The translations under genes and the position numbers were made by a program. A stretch of 64,000 nt of DNA from assembly GCA_051362555.1 (NCBI GenBank), contig CM120640.1, positions 930,001 to 994,000 of the forward strand. The letters are read 5' to 3'. Under the pieces are notes generated by a model. That model was given only the letters and a program-made list of their open reading frames with translations, did not search any database and had not been told where the DNA came from. The DNA is from Lingula anatina (Eukaryota; Animalia; Brachiopoda). Below, one piece after another: positions 10,892 through 24,655 of the stretch (position 1 is its first letter; the number at the start of each line of letters is the position of its first letter).

Positions 10892-13800
10892 GCCTAGCTG
10901 AATCATAGTTGTAAACCGTACCAAATGGGGTCTATCACCCTCAAAAACACCCATTTTTTTGAGCGTGCCCCGAACCTGACGCCAAGAGGGTGAGGGTCGG
11001 CCTTGCAATCCGAAGCGTCCCAATCTTTAGAAAGCTCGCACCCCCCCTACTTTGCTTCTTTGTCTTGCCTGCACGAGATGACGTCAGCTCAAGGCGGATC
11101 TGTGACGTACGAGACATGTGACTTTCAAATATGGAAGCGCCCCGAGCAAAATTTTGCCGAACACACCCCCAGTATGTCTCTAGTGGCTAGAGTCAGTATT
11201 GCTGATATGGGTTATATATGAAATCAAGATCGAGCTGGCAATACTGATATCTAGAACCTGGTTTAATGTTGGCCTACGCTGCAGATACAATGCATGCCAT
11301 ATCCACTACACAGGGTCCATTAATGCTAGTAATACGTATAGTTAGCTACTCTATTACTTTTTATCTAAGATGTATTTTCCAATCTCACTAAACATGGAGT
11401 TTGAGCGTCTTAAAGTATCTTCATTTTCAAATTCTGGTGGGCTTGGTCCTGTCCAATGAACTGCGTATGCGTATGCGTCAGTTCGCCAGTCGAATGTTGC
11501 GTTGTTAAGGTGATGTATGTTGACGTTTTTATAACCAGGTTTGAACACTGGATGACATTTGAATTCAAAACACATAATTTGTAAATGCTTATTCACAAAA
11601 AGAGTTTCAGGGTGTCTCTCATATGCTTTGTAAGGCATGAGACAAGCATTGTAATGCCAATCCCCAGTGTCTTCATAACGCCTCATTGTAGGCCTATCTA
11701 AAAAATAATGCAGAAATCTCGCGTTCTTGTTTGCAAGGAGAGTACCCATGTTTAATGTATCTGGAAAAGGAGGATGCCAATCCGTCCAATCGTAATGCAT
11801 TGGCAACCACGTCATAGGCACGTAAATCGTCGATGGGCTTCACCCAGACGGCATCCCAGTCTGTGTATATTCCGCCATATCTCAATAATATGTCAACCCG
11901 AAAAACGTCACTGATATGTGAATAATCATTGACCGGATTTCCAAATATAGTTTCCGGCCAATCTCGAAAAACAAAGTGCACCCTTGGATCCCCTTTTAAT
12001 TTGTCCCAATTTGAGCCTTTGGGTTCCTCGTTTCCATGAAAATATACATCGTCTACCTTCAGAACATTTAATGTGCTTTTCACACTTAAATATGTTAAAA
12101 AGGGCATTTCTGTACCTCCCATCCACACGTAATGAGCAATGTTAGGTATCAGTGTCTCGTATGACGGAACAGGAAAGGGGATCTCTTCTGAACCATAAAA
12201 TAGTCGCCTGCACAAAGCCCCAAATTCGTCCTTTCGTTCCCAGATTTGATGAGGATAAAGTGTATGATCTATGTGCAGGCAATAGGGATGGTTGGATTCA
12301 CGGTGAGTTATATGTGTTATACAATTACTAGACATTGCAGGGAGTTTACTATCTGTTTTATTTAATAAATCGGCAATAAAATTTTCACTTGATAAGCCTT
12401 TTGTAACCGCATTCCTGTCTGCCCATATAGAACCTTGAACAATAGCTGTCGTTAAAGTCGCTTGAGATATCACCATGTCTTTTAAATATAGGTAAAGACG
12501 CTGTGTTTTCCTTATAAGAAAGTGAGGATCTGATATAATGACGTTTTCGTTGAGGTATACTCCGCCATGGTCACTCAAGACGTCTAATATTTTATCTAAT
12601 TTTTTGGAGTCGTTTGTTTGGCATCCTGCCATATCTGGTTCTTTCTTTAAAACTAAAATTGGCACCTCTTCTTTAAGGTCGTTAATCCACTGGTTGTAGC
12701 GGTGTTTGTCAACCTGAGGCAGCGTTTCAAAATGGATGACAATTTTGTCCGCTCGGTGAATTTTGAAGGCGCTAAGAATGCTCAAATAATGTTGAAATTC
12801 AAAGACTCTACTGCCACACCAGATGTAATGGAAAACATTTGGTATTGCTGAAGAGGGAAGAATATCTTTCAAAGGATTCAAATCCGACATACCTCGATAC
12901 AAGAAGTTAGTGTGTCTGTCTGGAAGAACGTCTCCTAGCAACTTTCGTGAGATTATAGGAGCAGCATGTTTGTGTTTGTTACCCAAGTTGGTGATTTGTT
13001 TCCCCTTGCATTTGCAGTCACGTTGACTGCCGTCACTATTTACGTCAACAAGAGGTCGGTTCCCATCCAAACTCCCATTAGTCACTGGAAGGGGTTCTTG
13101 ACGGGCGAAAATAAAAAGATTGATGAACAAAGAAAGTGCCACAAGCGCCAAAAAGCAGTAGATGATATTTCGAAGCAGACGATCCATTCTTTGAAACTTG
13201 GTTTTCAACCTGTAAAAAGAAAGCAATGTGGTTATAATGACTGTATACGTATAAATATGATAGTTTTCAAAAATCGCGTTTACACACATCCTACATAAGC
13301 ATGGATCCCCAGCCCAATGTAATTGTAAGATTTAAAATACAAGTTACAGGTATAATCTGGAAGGAACAATTAATGGGTTCACATGCAACCCGTGATAAAA
13401 TGAAATCCTTAATCCTCCATGTCTCAATCGTTTATTCCTAAAAGTTCCCAGAGCAAAACAATGACCTATTAGGATTCATTTTAATGATATACACTGCTGT
13501 TCAGATTTTACAATATATAAAAAATTTATGAAATCCGTTAAAATATACTTGATACCGTGACCAGTGAGGGGGCGGAACGAACAGGCCCTTTTTGCCGGGG
13601 AAAGCCGCACGCTGGGTAAAATTTGATAAAGTACATAAAGGTTTTATGGTAAAAGGTCCACCTTTTCAGAAAAAGACCCCCCGCCGTCTGGTAAGTATCG
13701 CTCGAATTTCATCACAAGTTCACAGTAGAGGTATATAATCATCACGTTAAATATAGCCATAACATCCACATTTTCATATTTGCTTTAGTTTTATCACTTG

Positions 13801-14494
13801 GTTTTATGGACCCCTTCCTCGTTTCTTTTCCATCTCATGCTGTCCTCGTATTTTCAAATATGCCTGAGGAGCCCCCTGGGAGCATGCTAAACAGAGAATG
13901 ATTATTCAGTGTCTGGCTGGTTGTGTGACTGTTACCTACCTTGTAATTATACGATTTTGCATTTCAGCACAGAGTCGCGGAACAGAAATGTTCAAACCAA
14001 GTGAACAGCCAGAAAATACCTGTGTATATCAAATGAACCAATGATGAAAGAACTTGATACTCGCCGCGTCTCCTTTCTTTGCAATCAACTAGACCAAAGA
14101 ACAAAAAATGACTGAAGAGATGAGTATCTCAGACCGCGACAAATTCATTTCAGATTGCGGTAATAAGTGTTGTTTCATTACTTTGTGAAGTAATCAGATG
14201 AATACTGATATGTTGATTAAACTTGCCTACCTGCTACCGAACACATTTAAAAAGATACAGTTCGCATGAGATACCGGTAGGTAGCTGTACAAATAATATA
14301 AACCATGATAAAAACCGTAACGTACAGATAATCAACTTCAACAAGCTTTTCTGTTCCAATTACAGAAAAAAACTATTGCGACAGGCAATAGAGGCAAAAT
14401 ACCTGATGTGCTGCACGTACTGGTATTAAAATATCTAAGCTAAAGATAAAATAAAGCCAATTAACACCTAGCACACAGAGAACGCTGGCCGACT
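10891..14494. repeat. Segmental duplication copy 2
   Basis: Paralogous to 362-3760. Confidence 0.9.
11354..13187 (-). pseudogene. GT32-like glycosyltransferase copy 2; a 4-bp insertion at ~11796-11799 frameshifts the second domain
   Basis: Intact TM anchor and domain 1 in ORF 11694-13289; C-terminus in ORF 11354-11821. In-frame 6-bp insertions (RP, YA) relative to copy 1. Confidence 0.8.
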
Positions 14495-15174
14495 AAGACA
14501 AAATTAAGTATGATTTTATACAAATTAAGAAATAAATGGTTATATAAATGTCAGTAAGCTGCCAAGAAAGACAGTTTGCAAACTGTATAGAACAAAAAAT
14601 ATTCATTAAATGGAAGGTGTTGATGGGTAGCCATCGCATATTCCCCCATCCCGTTCACCATCATACTTTAACAATTAAATTTACTTTAAATATTAAAATA
14701 TTTCAAATGTAGTGAAAATAAACAGGTTTTGTTGTGAGTTAAAGGTTGTTGTCTAGGTTTCGTGGTTATGGGTCGTCCCTGTTTTGGTCGGCCCTGGTCA
14801 GGGAAGCCTTGTTTTGGGAGCTTATCACTTGTTACAGAGATGCTTTTTGATAATCTTGCTATCTATACATTCAGAGTGTCCTATACCATAACGTCACATA
14901 CTCGACGCCACTCGTCAATGTCAGAAAAATCACAAGGAATAACGTATAAGATGTCATCATACGGCGCCCGCGGTAGTCAGGTTTTAGACATTACGTAGTA
15001 GGGGACAAAGTGTTGCTCAGTGATCCTCAGTCGCATTAGTTCTCGGTCCTCGCACCTTAATGTTTATTATCCACCTATTATGCACGTTTTATGACTTGCA
15101 GTCTTACTGCTTCACAGGAAATGGAAGAGACTTATTGGTGCGAATTTCAACTTGAAACGGGTTTCATGGTACTT

Positions 15175-15457
15175 CCCGCAAGAAAACGCAGTAGATACTC
15201 CAGCGCAGTAGACTACTGCAATCATACTGCAAACATGCTTCAAATCTGCTTCGATTGGGGAGCTAATTAGCATATTTGAAACATGCTCCTATCATGCTGC
15301 TAATCTACTGCATTAATGCTCCTCTCTGTACAAACCTATGTACTTTTTGGAGTAGAATTGCAGTAGGCTATGCTGCATTTCTACTGCAAATATGCTCCAC
15401 ACCACTACTGCGTTAATGCTTTTTTGCTACTTCGATACTACTGCATTTTCGTGCGGG
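15175..15457. mobile_element. Third copy of the CMC-like MITE, with 2-bp TSD (TT)
   Basis: TIRs as at 7537; TT at 15173-15174 and 15458-15459. Confidence 0.75.
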
Positions 15458-15882
15458 TTCTCATATTTTCGTTAATGATGTATGTCGACTTCATTATATT
15501 CCTTGGTAAGTTACATATTGTAATCCGCGTTTCCTGAGTAATTATTTTGAAATTAAAATTGTTTGGGTGGCAATTAATTATCATATGTCTGAATTATTTG
15601 TTTCCATTCATGATAAAAATTTTCAAATTTAATTACAACTTACACCAAACGAAAAATTTTAACTCGTTACTTTGATACACCCCTAACGTGTACTAAATCA
15701 TAACGAGTTTATATGATATCATTGCAATGATTGAATGTAGTTTAAGTGACAAAACAATTACAAGTACACAAGTAAAACATCTTAATTACATTTTGATTTT
15801 TATTTCAATCATTGTGGAACTGGAGCAAACCCATACAATTTTTATTGACATATTTATCAATTATTTCCAACACACAGTTCAG

Positions 15883-15941
<59 letters not shown>

Positions 15942-16034
15942 TTCTATTTGAGAGCGGCTGTCAAAATGCCATCACTCATGCATATGTGGCAGGTTTGGAT
16001 CCAGGAATCAAGGTTTTTGGGTTGATTGATCTAT

Positions 16035-16262
16035 CTATCGTCTTGGTATTGGGTTTTTATTTGAACAACCGCATACGTTGACGGGGGTTCCGTTGGAAAC
16101 AATTGTGCTCAGTTCACAAGTGCCCTCACACCATATATTTCTACACAGCCCCCTCTGTGAATCATAATAACACAGTGGCGGACCTGCATCTGTGACAGCG
16201 GACATGAGACAGATCGTTACCAGAACCGTCAGCAAGACAAGTTGAACCACGCGTTCCTTCAT
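16035..16262 (-). CDS. Secreted 6-Cys peptide, subfamily B (C-x8-C-x4-C-x3-C-x14-CxC)
   Basis: MKERVVQLVLLTVLVTICLMSAVTDA signal peptide. Acceptor 'ttacag' 8 nt upstream of the ATG; non-coding exon donor (cag|gtgagt) at ~16510. Confidence 0.85.
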   Translation of the reverse strand: MKERVVQLVLLTVLVTICLMSAVTDAGPPLCYYDSQRGLCRNIWCEGTCELSTIVSNGTPVNVCGCSNKNPIPRR

Positions 16263-16599
16263 TATCAGACCTGTAATATGAACATGTAACGGCTGTTTAA
16301 ATGTATAACACTTTCGTCTAAATACGTTTAAGGGTTTATTTTGTTTTAAGGCAAGTAATCTTCAGGTAATCTATTGATTTTCAGTTTTTCAAGCTGCAGC
16401 AGAGCCGATGTGTATTTGTAAAAATACCCGATATGAATATAAAGATTGCTCCACTAAGTCAGGCAATTCGCGTTTTTCAGTTGTAGCTCATATATTTGTA
16501 ACAACTCACCTGTTATGAAAAATTCAAATTAAAGTGACTGTTTAGCTCTTCTCTTGGGGCACCAGGTGACAAGTCTCCAAAGTCTGTGAAGAACTACAC

Positions 16600-16760
16600 G
16601 GTACTATAATTGATCACGTCTATATATATGTAGAAACTGAAAACTGGTTTATTCACTTCTAAATAATTCACATTTCCATAAGATTAATAGTACTTACTCG
16701 GTCTTGGACAGTGGAGTAGTACTTTTTAGATGTTTTTAAAAGTACATAACAACTTTCCAT
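16600..16760 (-). promoter_or_regulatory. Conserved promoter block of subfamily B peptide genes (TATA-like element plus repeated AGTAC motifs)
   Basis: Block 'tatatatgcagaaactga..aactgg...aatagtacttactc...agtagtac...aaaagtacataac' recurs at ~26830, ~29765, ~39270 and ~42715, each just upstream of the non-coding exon. Confidence 0.6.
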
Positions 16761-17702
16761 TAAAAGAATCCTCCTGGTTATCCATGCAGTACTAAGTACT
16801 TTTGGTTTGGCATATATAACATATTTATAAATTAAGGTTATAGGTTTTTTATTTTTGTGTTAAATAGTTGTTTCTTAATTCAGTTGATTTTTAAGTCAGA
16901 TTCCACGCATTTAGTGTGGTCTGTGATATGGAAATCGATGCAAGTTCTGAGAAAGTTTAGTATTTTGGATTTTCATAATAATTTGTGTATCTAAGTTGCA
17001 CTCTCGCAAAAGATTTGAATATAGGTGATATTTTAGATGTAAATAACAAGTACCTAAGACAACAAAGATTATTATTTCCCCTGGAGCATTAAGGTGTTTC
17101 TTAATAGGATATATACCAAGGTTTATGTTAATAATAACGCTCTGAATGGTTCTGATTGGTTATAATCGGAAATAAATGTGTCTGAAACTATTTTGTTTTA
17201 TTTTTTAAGATAAAGGAATCCAAGCCAGGACTTTTAGCGCATTCTCAGCTGTATGAATCGCTTCTTTTGAACTTATCTGAAGGCAATTAAAACTTTTCAA
17301 ACATACCGTATTTTGTAAACGTATTAGCTTACACGTATATCTTAACTAGTAGCAAGTGATAATTAAAGAGGAATCAAATAAGAAAAATGATAAAGAGTTA
17401 TTGAGTGCAAGTTTCATTTCTTTAAGACTCAACAATGTAGAAATTGTTTAATTGTTAGGAAAAGATGGAAGATGCCAGAATCACATTAAATTTTATTTGT
17501 TTGTCTTATATGACAATCAAATTGGGTAAATTTTGGATATGATCCAAGTATGAGTAATTCAAATAATGTTTTACACATTTTAATTGAAAGCAAAGACATT
17601 AAAATTATCTAATAAATAATATTGAATGTTGGAATGCAACATGAGAATGGAAAAGTACTAGTATTCACGCAAAAGATGATGTAACAAAAACAAGAGAGTC
17701 TC

Positions 17703-20700
17703 TCACATTCGTATGAAATCAGCGAGATGGGCTTGGCCGCTTTCTGCGAGATAGTCAACAAAAATCTTAAAGGCCCTGTCCTCTTTTTTGCTCAGTATGT
17801 CCAGGAATTCTTCTGCCTTGGTACGTAATTGCTCAGAGCTTTTGATGTTTTCTGCCTCCCTGGACGTAAGAGCGCCTGTCGCCTGTAGTCTGGTCAGTAA
17901 GTCCCTAATACCCGCATTTGTCAGCCCTTCCACCAGAACAACTCTGTTCCTCACTAAGGCCTGTTTGTGGTCTCTTGTCATTGCCTTGTAACCTTGAAAA
18001 TAACAATATAACAATATATGCTTTATACCTACTTTCTACACCAGAGTGAGCTGGTGAAAATGTACGGAGGTATTAAGGAATTTGTCCAAAGATATTATCA
18101 CTGTCTCGTTTGGACTGTTCATTGTGAAGGAGAATTAATTTTTGTTGTTGAAAGAGTTCCTTAACCAATGATACATCTTTGAATTTCAAGTTCACTATTT
18201 TTTTCTTATCACCCGTCAGATTACATCATGTTATCTGTTAAGAGCACATGTATTGCTTATTTGAAATAACGAATCTGATAACTCTAAGGAAAATCTTTTC
18301 TGAACACCGTAATAACCTGTACCTGCTAATGCTGGATATATAAGCCTTGCCGGTATGCTTCCATCTGGGGCATAGGGACAGGGTACAACAAACGATGACC
18401 AGCTCTGTTGTTTGGGGACACTGCCAGGGTTATCAAGGATTTCGCCAGGGAATAAAGTGGGATCCTCGATTCTCTCCCGGACACAATGTGGACACACCAG
18501 GTACTTCTCAAAGGGCACACCAGGCCAACTTTGTTCAGCTATCTCCATAAAGTCATCGTGGATTTGAATGAGGAGGTCCCATGGTTCAAGAAGTTCTTTG
18601 CTTTTGACTGATGCTGTTACCAGCCAGTCTTTGTTGTTTCTCTTGTCTTTGGTATCTTCACAACACTGAAGAAGAATCTGGCATTTACCAACGTTTGCGT
18701 AGACCCCATCTTGCCAGTCCTCTCTGCTACATTTGAAAATGCCCACGTGTTTGTGGAGCTTGACGGCAAGCCTCTGAAACATCCCATCCGGGTACTTATA
18801 TGGAAAGCGTATCTGCATGGTTTGATGACTGCTGTCAACAGATATATCTTTATCCCATTTTGTTCTAATATGAGAAGGCATGTTTTCTCCCAACAGCCAT
18901 GGAAAATGGTAAGTGGCATTTCCATCGCCAGATGGACCCGGCACCTCATAGCAAAGCTCCAAGTTCTGCATTATTTCTAACATGGCAATTTTAGCATCAT
19001 CTGAAACTTGACATCCGCCCCAAAGACAACATAAAACGTTTTTGGTTGCAGTGCCCCTTTGATAAAGATCCAAAAGAGTGTCTTTTATCTTTTTTGAGGT
19101 AAATGTTGAATGCTGCTCAAGGTCGATCCTTTTGGCGTCCATGTCATGGTGTAAAACGGCCTTGAGCAGTTTGGCTAGCACCTCTTGCTTGTGAAATATG
19201 ACATTTTTCATGGTGGGGCTCTTCTCAAACCACACAATATCTCCCGAACTTGCCATGTACCCCAGAATGTCTTCTGCCAATGTCGTAATATCTTGTGATT
19301 CAGCATCGGTTCTCACATTCGGGGAGGCAGGATCAGCAGCTAGATCCATAGCAGTCTTTACAAACCCTTGTATTTCCGTCCATGATAGTGTACTGCATTT
19401 CTCATCTTTTTTCTTTTCTTCGATCTGTTGTATAACGCTTAGCCAAGTGACTGGTAGTATAACGTGCCTTGACATTGCCAAGCTTTTAAGGTGGGGCTCT
19501 AGTTCACTACACCCTCCCCTGATCACTGAGCTTGTTATAAATATCCTTTCGTGGACTTTGGAAGTAGACTCGGCTAGCTGTTTCTCTTTTATTCGGATTT
19601 TCTTTTCGTACAATGGCAAAAAGTTGTCGTTCTTCTTTTTCTTCTCCTGCAACTCCTGTATTTGCCCTTGCAGCCTTCGTTTCTTTTGTTCGACGTATTT
19701 CACTGTTCTGTCCAACACATCAAATGAAATATTCTTTGTGTCACTTTCAGGTGCTTTAAGCATGTCGGAATGTGTTCCTACAAGTGTGATCTTAGAGTCC
19801 GTCCCGTGACACTGAGACTGGATGGAATCTATCCAGTACCCAATATACTTCTTGTAGTGCTCTTCTCTGTTGGTATCATACTGTGAGAGATCAAAAGTAA
19901 TCAGGGAATTGCTGCTGTCATGAATGAAGAGAGGATAACTCACTCTGTACATTTCATGTCCACCAAAATCATTAATGTTGAGAGTGATGTTCTCCTCGGG
20001 TTTCCACTGCAACTGCTCGATGACCTGAGTTCTGTCTGCTTCGGCTGTTGGCGAGGGCTGCCTGTTTTTCAGAGTTCTGACCAAACTGCTTTTACCACTG
20101 TTCACCTCCCCTAGAAAGTTTATCTGCACTCTATAGCATTCGACTACTCCGTACTTCTCCAAGATGGCAAGAAAACGCAATATAGCACCGGTGCCTTTCT
20201 CGCATACTTTAAGGGGCGGCATCACGAGGGGATTCCCCTCGACCCTCAACGTCGTCAGGTGTTTCAGGTTCTTCACTTGCCAGGGAAGATGGGTGATTTT
20301 ATTCTCCGATACACACAGGTATTGCAATGTTTGGATTTGGCAAACTTCAACTGGGAACTCTGTAAAATGGTTGCTGTAAAGGAACAGGTGTTTGAGTTTG
20401 GATAGTTTGGTTGTATCTCCTGTAATGCTAGACAGTTGGTTCACGCCAAGGCCAAGTTCCTGTATCTCTGGAATATTGAAAACTGCTTCAGGAAATGTTT
20501 TGAACAGATTGATACATAAGTCTAAACGTATAAGTTTTTTCATCTCTGTGACATCTGGGTGGACATGGGAAAGACGATTGCTACTCATGTCAAGGGTTTG
20601 TAGGTTTGAAATAGTGCAAACTGCAACTGGAAACTCAGAAAATTTATTGTCATGCAGGTTCAGTTCTGAAAGTTCGGACATGTTGCTAACATCAGGATGA

Positions 20701-21179
20701 ATGTCGGACAATTCGTTGTTACCCATATCTAGGAATTCCAGATTCGTAATAGCACATACCGCATTTGGAAGCTCTAGAAACTGATTGTCAGCAAGATACA
20801 GTTTTCTTAATTTGACCATATTGATGACATCTGGGTGTACACTATACAATTGATTTCCGCTCACATTAAGGATTTTAATCTCTGGGATGTTGCATACAAC
20901 AGAGGGAAAATCTGTGAAGTTATTATACTGAAGATACAATTCAGTGAGGCATTTCAGTTGCAAAATAGAGTCAGGGAGAACCGTCAATTCATTCTCTGCT
21001 AAATTCAAAATTCTCAGGTGGCAGCACCTGCCGATACTTGCTGGAAGAGTGGTGATATCTTGGTACTCCAACTGCAGACATGTCCATTCTGTGAAATCTC
21101 CGGTTAAATCTTCCTCATCACATTTTTCAATTCTTTGGAGATGCAGTAATTTTTCTTCGTCTCCATAGTCTGAAGCCAT
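17703..21179 (-). CDS. LRR-Roc-COR-CARD protein (Roco / MFHAS1-like with C-terminal CARD), ~1048 aa; join(18323..21179, 17703..17992)
   Basis: About 12 LRRs; P-loop GEVNSGKSS, DFGGH, VGTHSD; COR region with CPHC. Phase-1 donor (GCAG|gtacag) and acceptor (caag|GT) join in frame to a CARD exon (HKQALVRNRVVLV...FLDILSKKEDRAFKIFVDYLAESGQAHLA). Confidence 0.88.
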
Positions 21180-22330
21180 AGTGGAGGTGCATGCATGTAT
21201 ATAGCCCTCCACGTGCCGATGGACTTAGGTGGGGTTCATCATCGGTTTTTATCCTTACGAAGACGCGGAAAAACTAAAATATAGAAACATAAAGAGATGA
21301 AAATGTCGTTGAAATTTGACACTTTACATCAAAGAATCGGTAACACTGTTTAAGGAACATAAACCGTAACACTTTTTAAAATGACTGGGTAAACGTACCT
21401 GTTCCCCGCAGTAACCCGATTTGGGTCATCTTCAATATAATAAACCCTTTATTTTGTTCGCTTTATGCAGTCCAAACAATGATAGCTCTCTGGCAGTCAA
21501 CAGAGATCAGCTGGCTTTTTATGTCATTTCTTTCTTTTAAAAAAAATCGGCGAGAAATTTGCACAGAAACAGCCAAAGAAATATATGTAAATAATCACTG
21601 TAAAAATACACCTGTGGTCCAATAAGACAGTAGCGAATACTACTGCAATCGTCTGCGATAATCTAACGCTTAGGGCATACTTATAGAAATCGATGTGGAG
21701 ACGGGTGCACCAGTACGTCAGAGTCTAAGGGAGGAGAGGAACGCCATTTCCTGGCTTGGTTCAATCTACATCCAAAAGCCCGTTCCACGACACAGTTTAC
21801 ATGTCACACCTGGCTGTGACACTATATGCTGGGACACACCCACTTAATGACTTAACATAGAATACGATATTAAAAATACACACATTCACAGACGGGACAG
21901 TTGACCTGCTACTTCCCTATAAAACTATATTCATGGATGCAAACATATAAGATCAATTGACTGCCTTTACCTTAATTATTGGATTACTGTGTTCGCATCC
22001 TTATCCCAAACCTAGCACTCTCGCTCTGTATCAGACGGATCGTATCAGACTGCTCCATCATGGACGCCTTTACTAGGAAGAGGTTATTGTGATTTAGAGG
22101 CTCTGACCTAGAACAGTTATTTAGTTATTGACATAGTGTCTGTGATCTGGGGCCTTTGTTCGTTTCTCCATAGATTCTCAGAATGTAGATGCTCCGCAGA
22201 AAAACACGTGTTAAATACTGAATGTCATATTAAGCAACTGATATAGTCCAGAGATAAATTTGCATAAATGCATGTCAACTTTACATGTAGATGACTTAAT
22301 AAAAACATCATTTAAAACGTGAACGTATAT

Positions 22331-22485
22331 CAGGCCCGTCGCCAGCAATTTCATAAGGGGGGGGGGTCTTTTTCTGAAAATCTGGACCTTTTACCATGAA
22401 ACCCTTGTTTACCTAGATAAAATTTAACCCAGAGAGTGGACCTTTTTCCTGCAAAAAGAAGTCCGAGCCCCCGGTTACGGACCTG
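22331..22485. mobile_element. Short CAGG...CCTG MITE (hAT5-like, possible 5-bp TSD TATAT)
   Basis: caggcccgt / acggacctg termini; related reverse fragments at ~2775-2923 and ~13560-13690. Confidence 0.55.
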
Positions 22486-23919
22486 TATATATTTGCATAT
22501 CCCGGTATATGGTACACAAAAAAATGTTCACATGTGTGCATAAGTTTTTATTATTTTTGTTACCGTACGCTTACTTGGTCAATAGAGTGTAACTGTGTAT
22601 GTTTAACAATTTTCATTTGGTTTAAGGTCAGAATCAAAGCATAACATGCTTTTTTCCATTACTCGGAGTTCTCTTATAAGCTACAGAGACCTATGCCCTC
22701 ATCTTAGGGTATTGGTTGCCATATAATCTCAACGTGACCCTGTGAGATTTTAGGATCAGTCAGTGCATTTGCATAGGTGTGACGGACTTCGCAATGCACC
22801 ACCGTCACTTTACAAAATCAAATGTGAAATACCCAATTTAGTCTATTTGTCTAATGTAAAAGATCACTTAGTTAACAAGCTATAGATGTGTATGTGTGTG
22901 TGGGGGTCATTCATAGTTAAATAATATATAGACGAATTATTTAGAGGCGTCAAAGCATTCCACGAAACACAAGTCAGCTTTTCGTTACAAGTGTTATTGT
23001 TTTATTTAATAAACAATTCACCTTTAAATTGTTGATTATTTCTGGCAACTGAATCAAATTCAAAGTAGACGTAAGAGGATTTTTTATACGTTTTATGTAC
23101 ACAACTCCGCTAATGTACTGGGTAACAATAGACCACCGTTCCTTAGGAAAAGTAATCCTAATGGGACATGTATTACTGACATCGATACTGAATACATTTA
23201 AACGAAATAAACATACTTTACATCCTGGTAAAATATTCCTTCATTTAGGACCTCCATTCCTAGAAACGCTAGACCTAGAACCTACATTTCCCGGACTCAG
23301 TGTCCGGTCGGACTGCGTTACTAGAACTAAAATTCCGTTCACAGCCCAGCAGCTTCAAGTATGGAAATCCGGTGCTTGCCCTTCGCCTAGACAGTTATCC
23401 ATTCTATTTCGCGTAAAGCTCAGCGCTGTGATTATCATTACCATAAACATAAGGTAAAAACTACACCTTCCTCAAGGGTGCAATTATATTGGGTACATCG
23501 TTTTATCTTGTTACCAGAAAACCAGTGCATCGTATCTTTACTGTGACTCTAACAGGTGAACTATCTGCCACTTCAGTGAATACAATCAGTGACTACCAGC
23601 AATGGTAGTAATTATGGACCAATTACCAAACTGGCAGATCCTAGAGATACATATGATAGCAAGTACATGTAGATCAAACCAAGGACGTATTCAATATACG
23701 TCCTTGATCAAACGAAGCAGGTCTTAACACGTGTGTAATTTTTCCTCTTCAATTTATCTGCCCACGTTTTTTTCTAAAGACTGGGTCCTCTAAATAGGTA
23801 AACATCCCAGACCTTTTGCTACTCGTTTTAGAGCCGCGTTCGACAACACAATGAGGCAGAATCCCAACTCCGGTGTAACGAAACAGGGTCGCGTAACAGA
23901 AAGTCCGCCCTCCATTTAG

Positions 23920-24165
23920 ACTGAGTTCCCATACTTAAATCGATCCATCTGGATCGACCTAACTCCCTGGGGGTTCACGCTAAATTGCTATCAGCTCAAA
24001 AGGCTTAAATGTCTGTCTCGCCTACCAAATCAGCTAGGAGTAAAGCTAGGGATGAAACAGCTTTACTAGGCGTGACAGACGTTTAAGCTGGTTAGTTTGA
24101 TAGCAACTTAGTGAGACTCCCCAGGGAGATAGATTGATCCAAATATCTGTGGAAATGGTCCCTTA
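23920..24165. mobile_element. Imperfect palindromic (foldback) MITE
   Basis: Left arm 'ctccctgggggttcacgctaaattgctatc' versus right arm 'gatagcaacttagtgagactccccagggag'. Arm fragments recur at ~60168-60248 and ~61678-61758. Confidence 0.55.
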
Positions 24166-24655
24166 GTTTTAACGGTTAGGGTTTGCCCGACGGAAGTGGC
24201 TCAAAATCTAGGGCGAGGCTTACCTGTGAATGGGAAACGGACTCTCTATCATGGGGAACTCTGTCACGTTACTCCGGTCAGCACATCTTTCCCAACTTCA
24301 GTACATCGATAAGCTGATGCGGTGCAGCCCTTCTTCTCCTTTTGCTTCACAGTACCAAGAGTCCTAGATCTGTCGCTTAATTCATTTTTGCCTATTGAGG
24401 TGGGGAGTTTTAAAACACGCTAGATTATTTGATCAAGAAATAATTAAAATTTGGCTCATTTGGAATTACTTTACGTAATAAAAACTGTTCACTGTTCAAT
24501 ATATTTTTTCTTAAAGTGATTATATTTAAAAAGTTAACAAACAGTTTGAAAAATATTTTGTCTTTACTTTATAACTGTTCAAATATGCCATAAGTTTAAA
24601 ACAAAGAGATGCGATAAGAATATGGGCATTCGTGAAAATCTATTGTTATTTGGGC

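Noticed and set aside
19198-21168. Plus-strand ORFs, including the 203-aa one
   Set aside because: Antisense shadows of the Roco coding exon.
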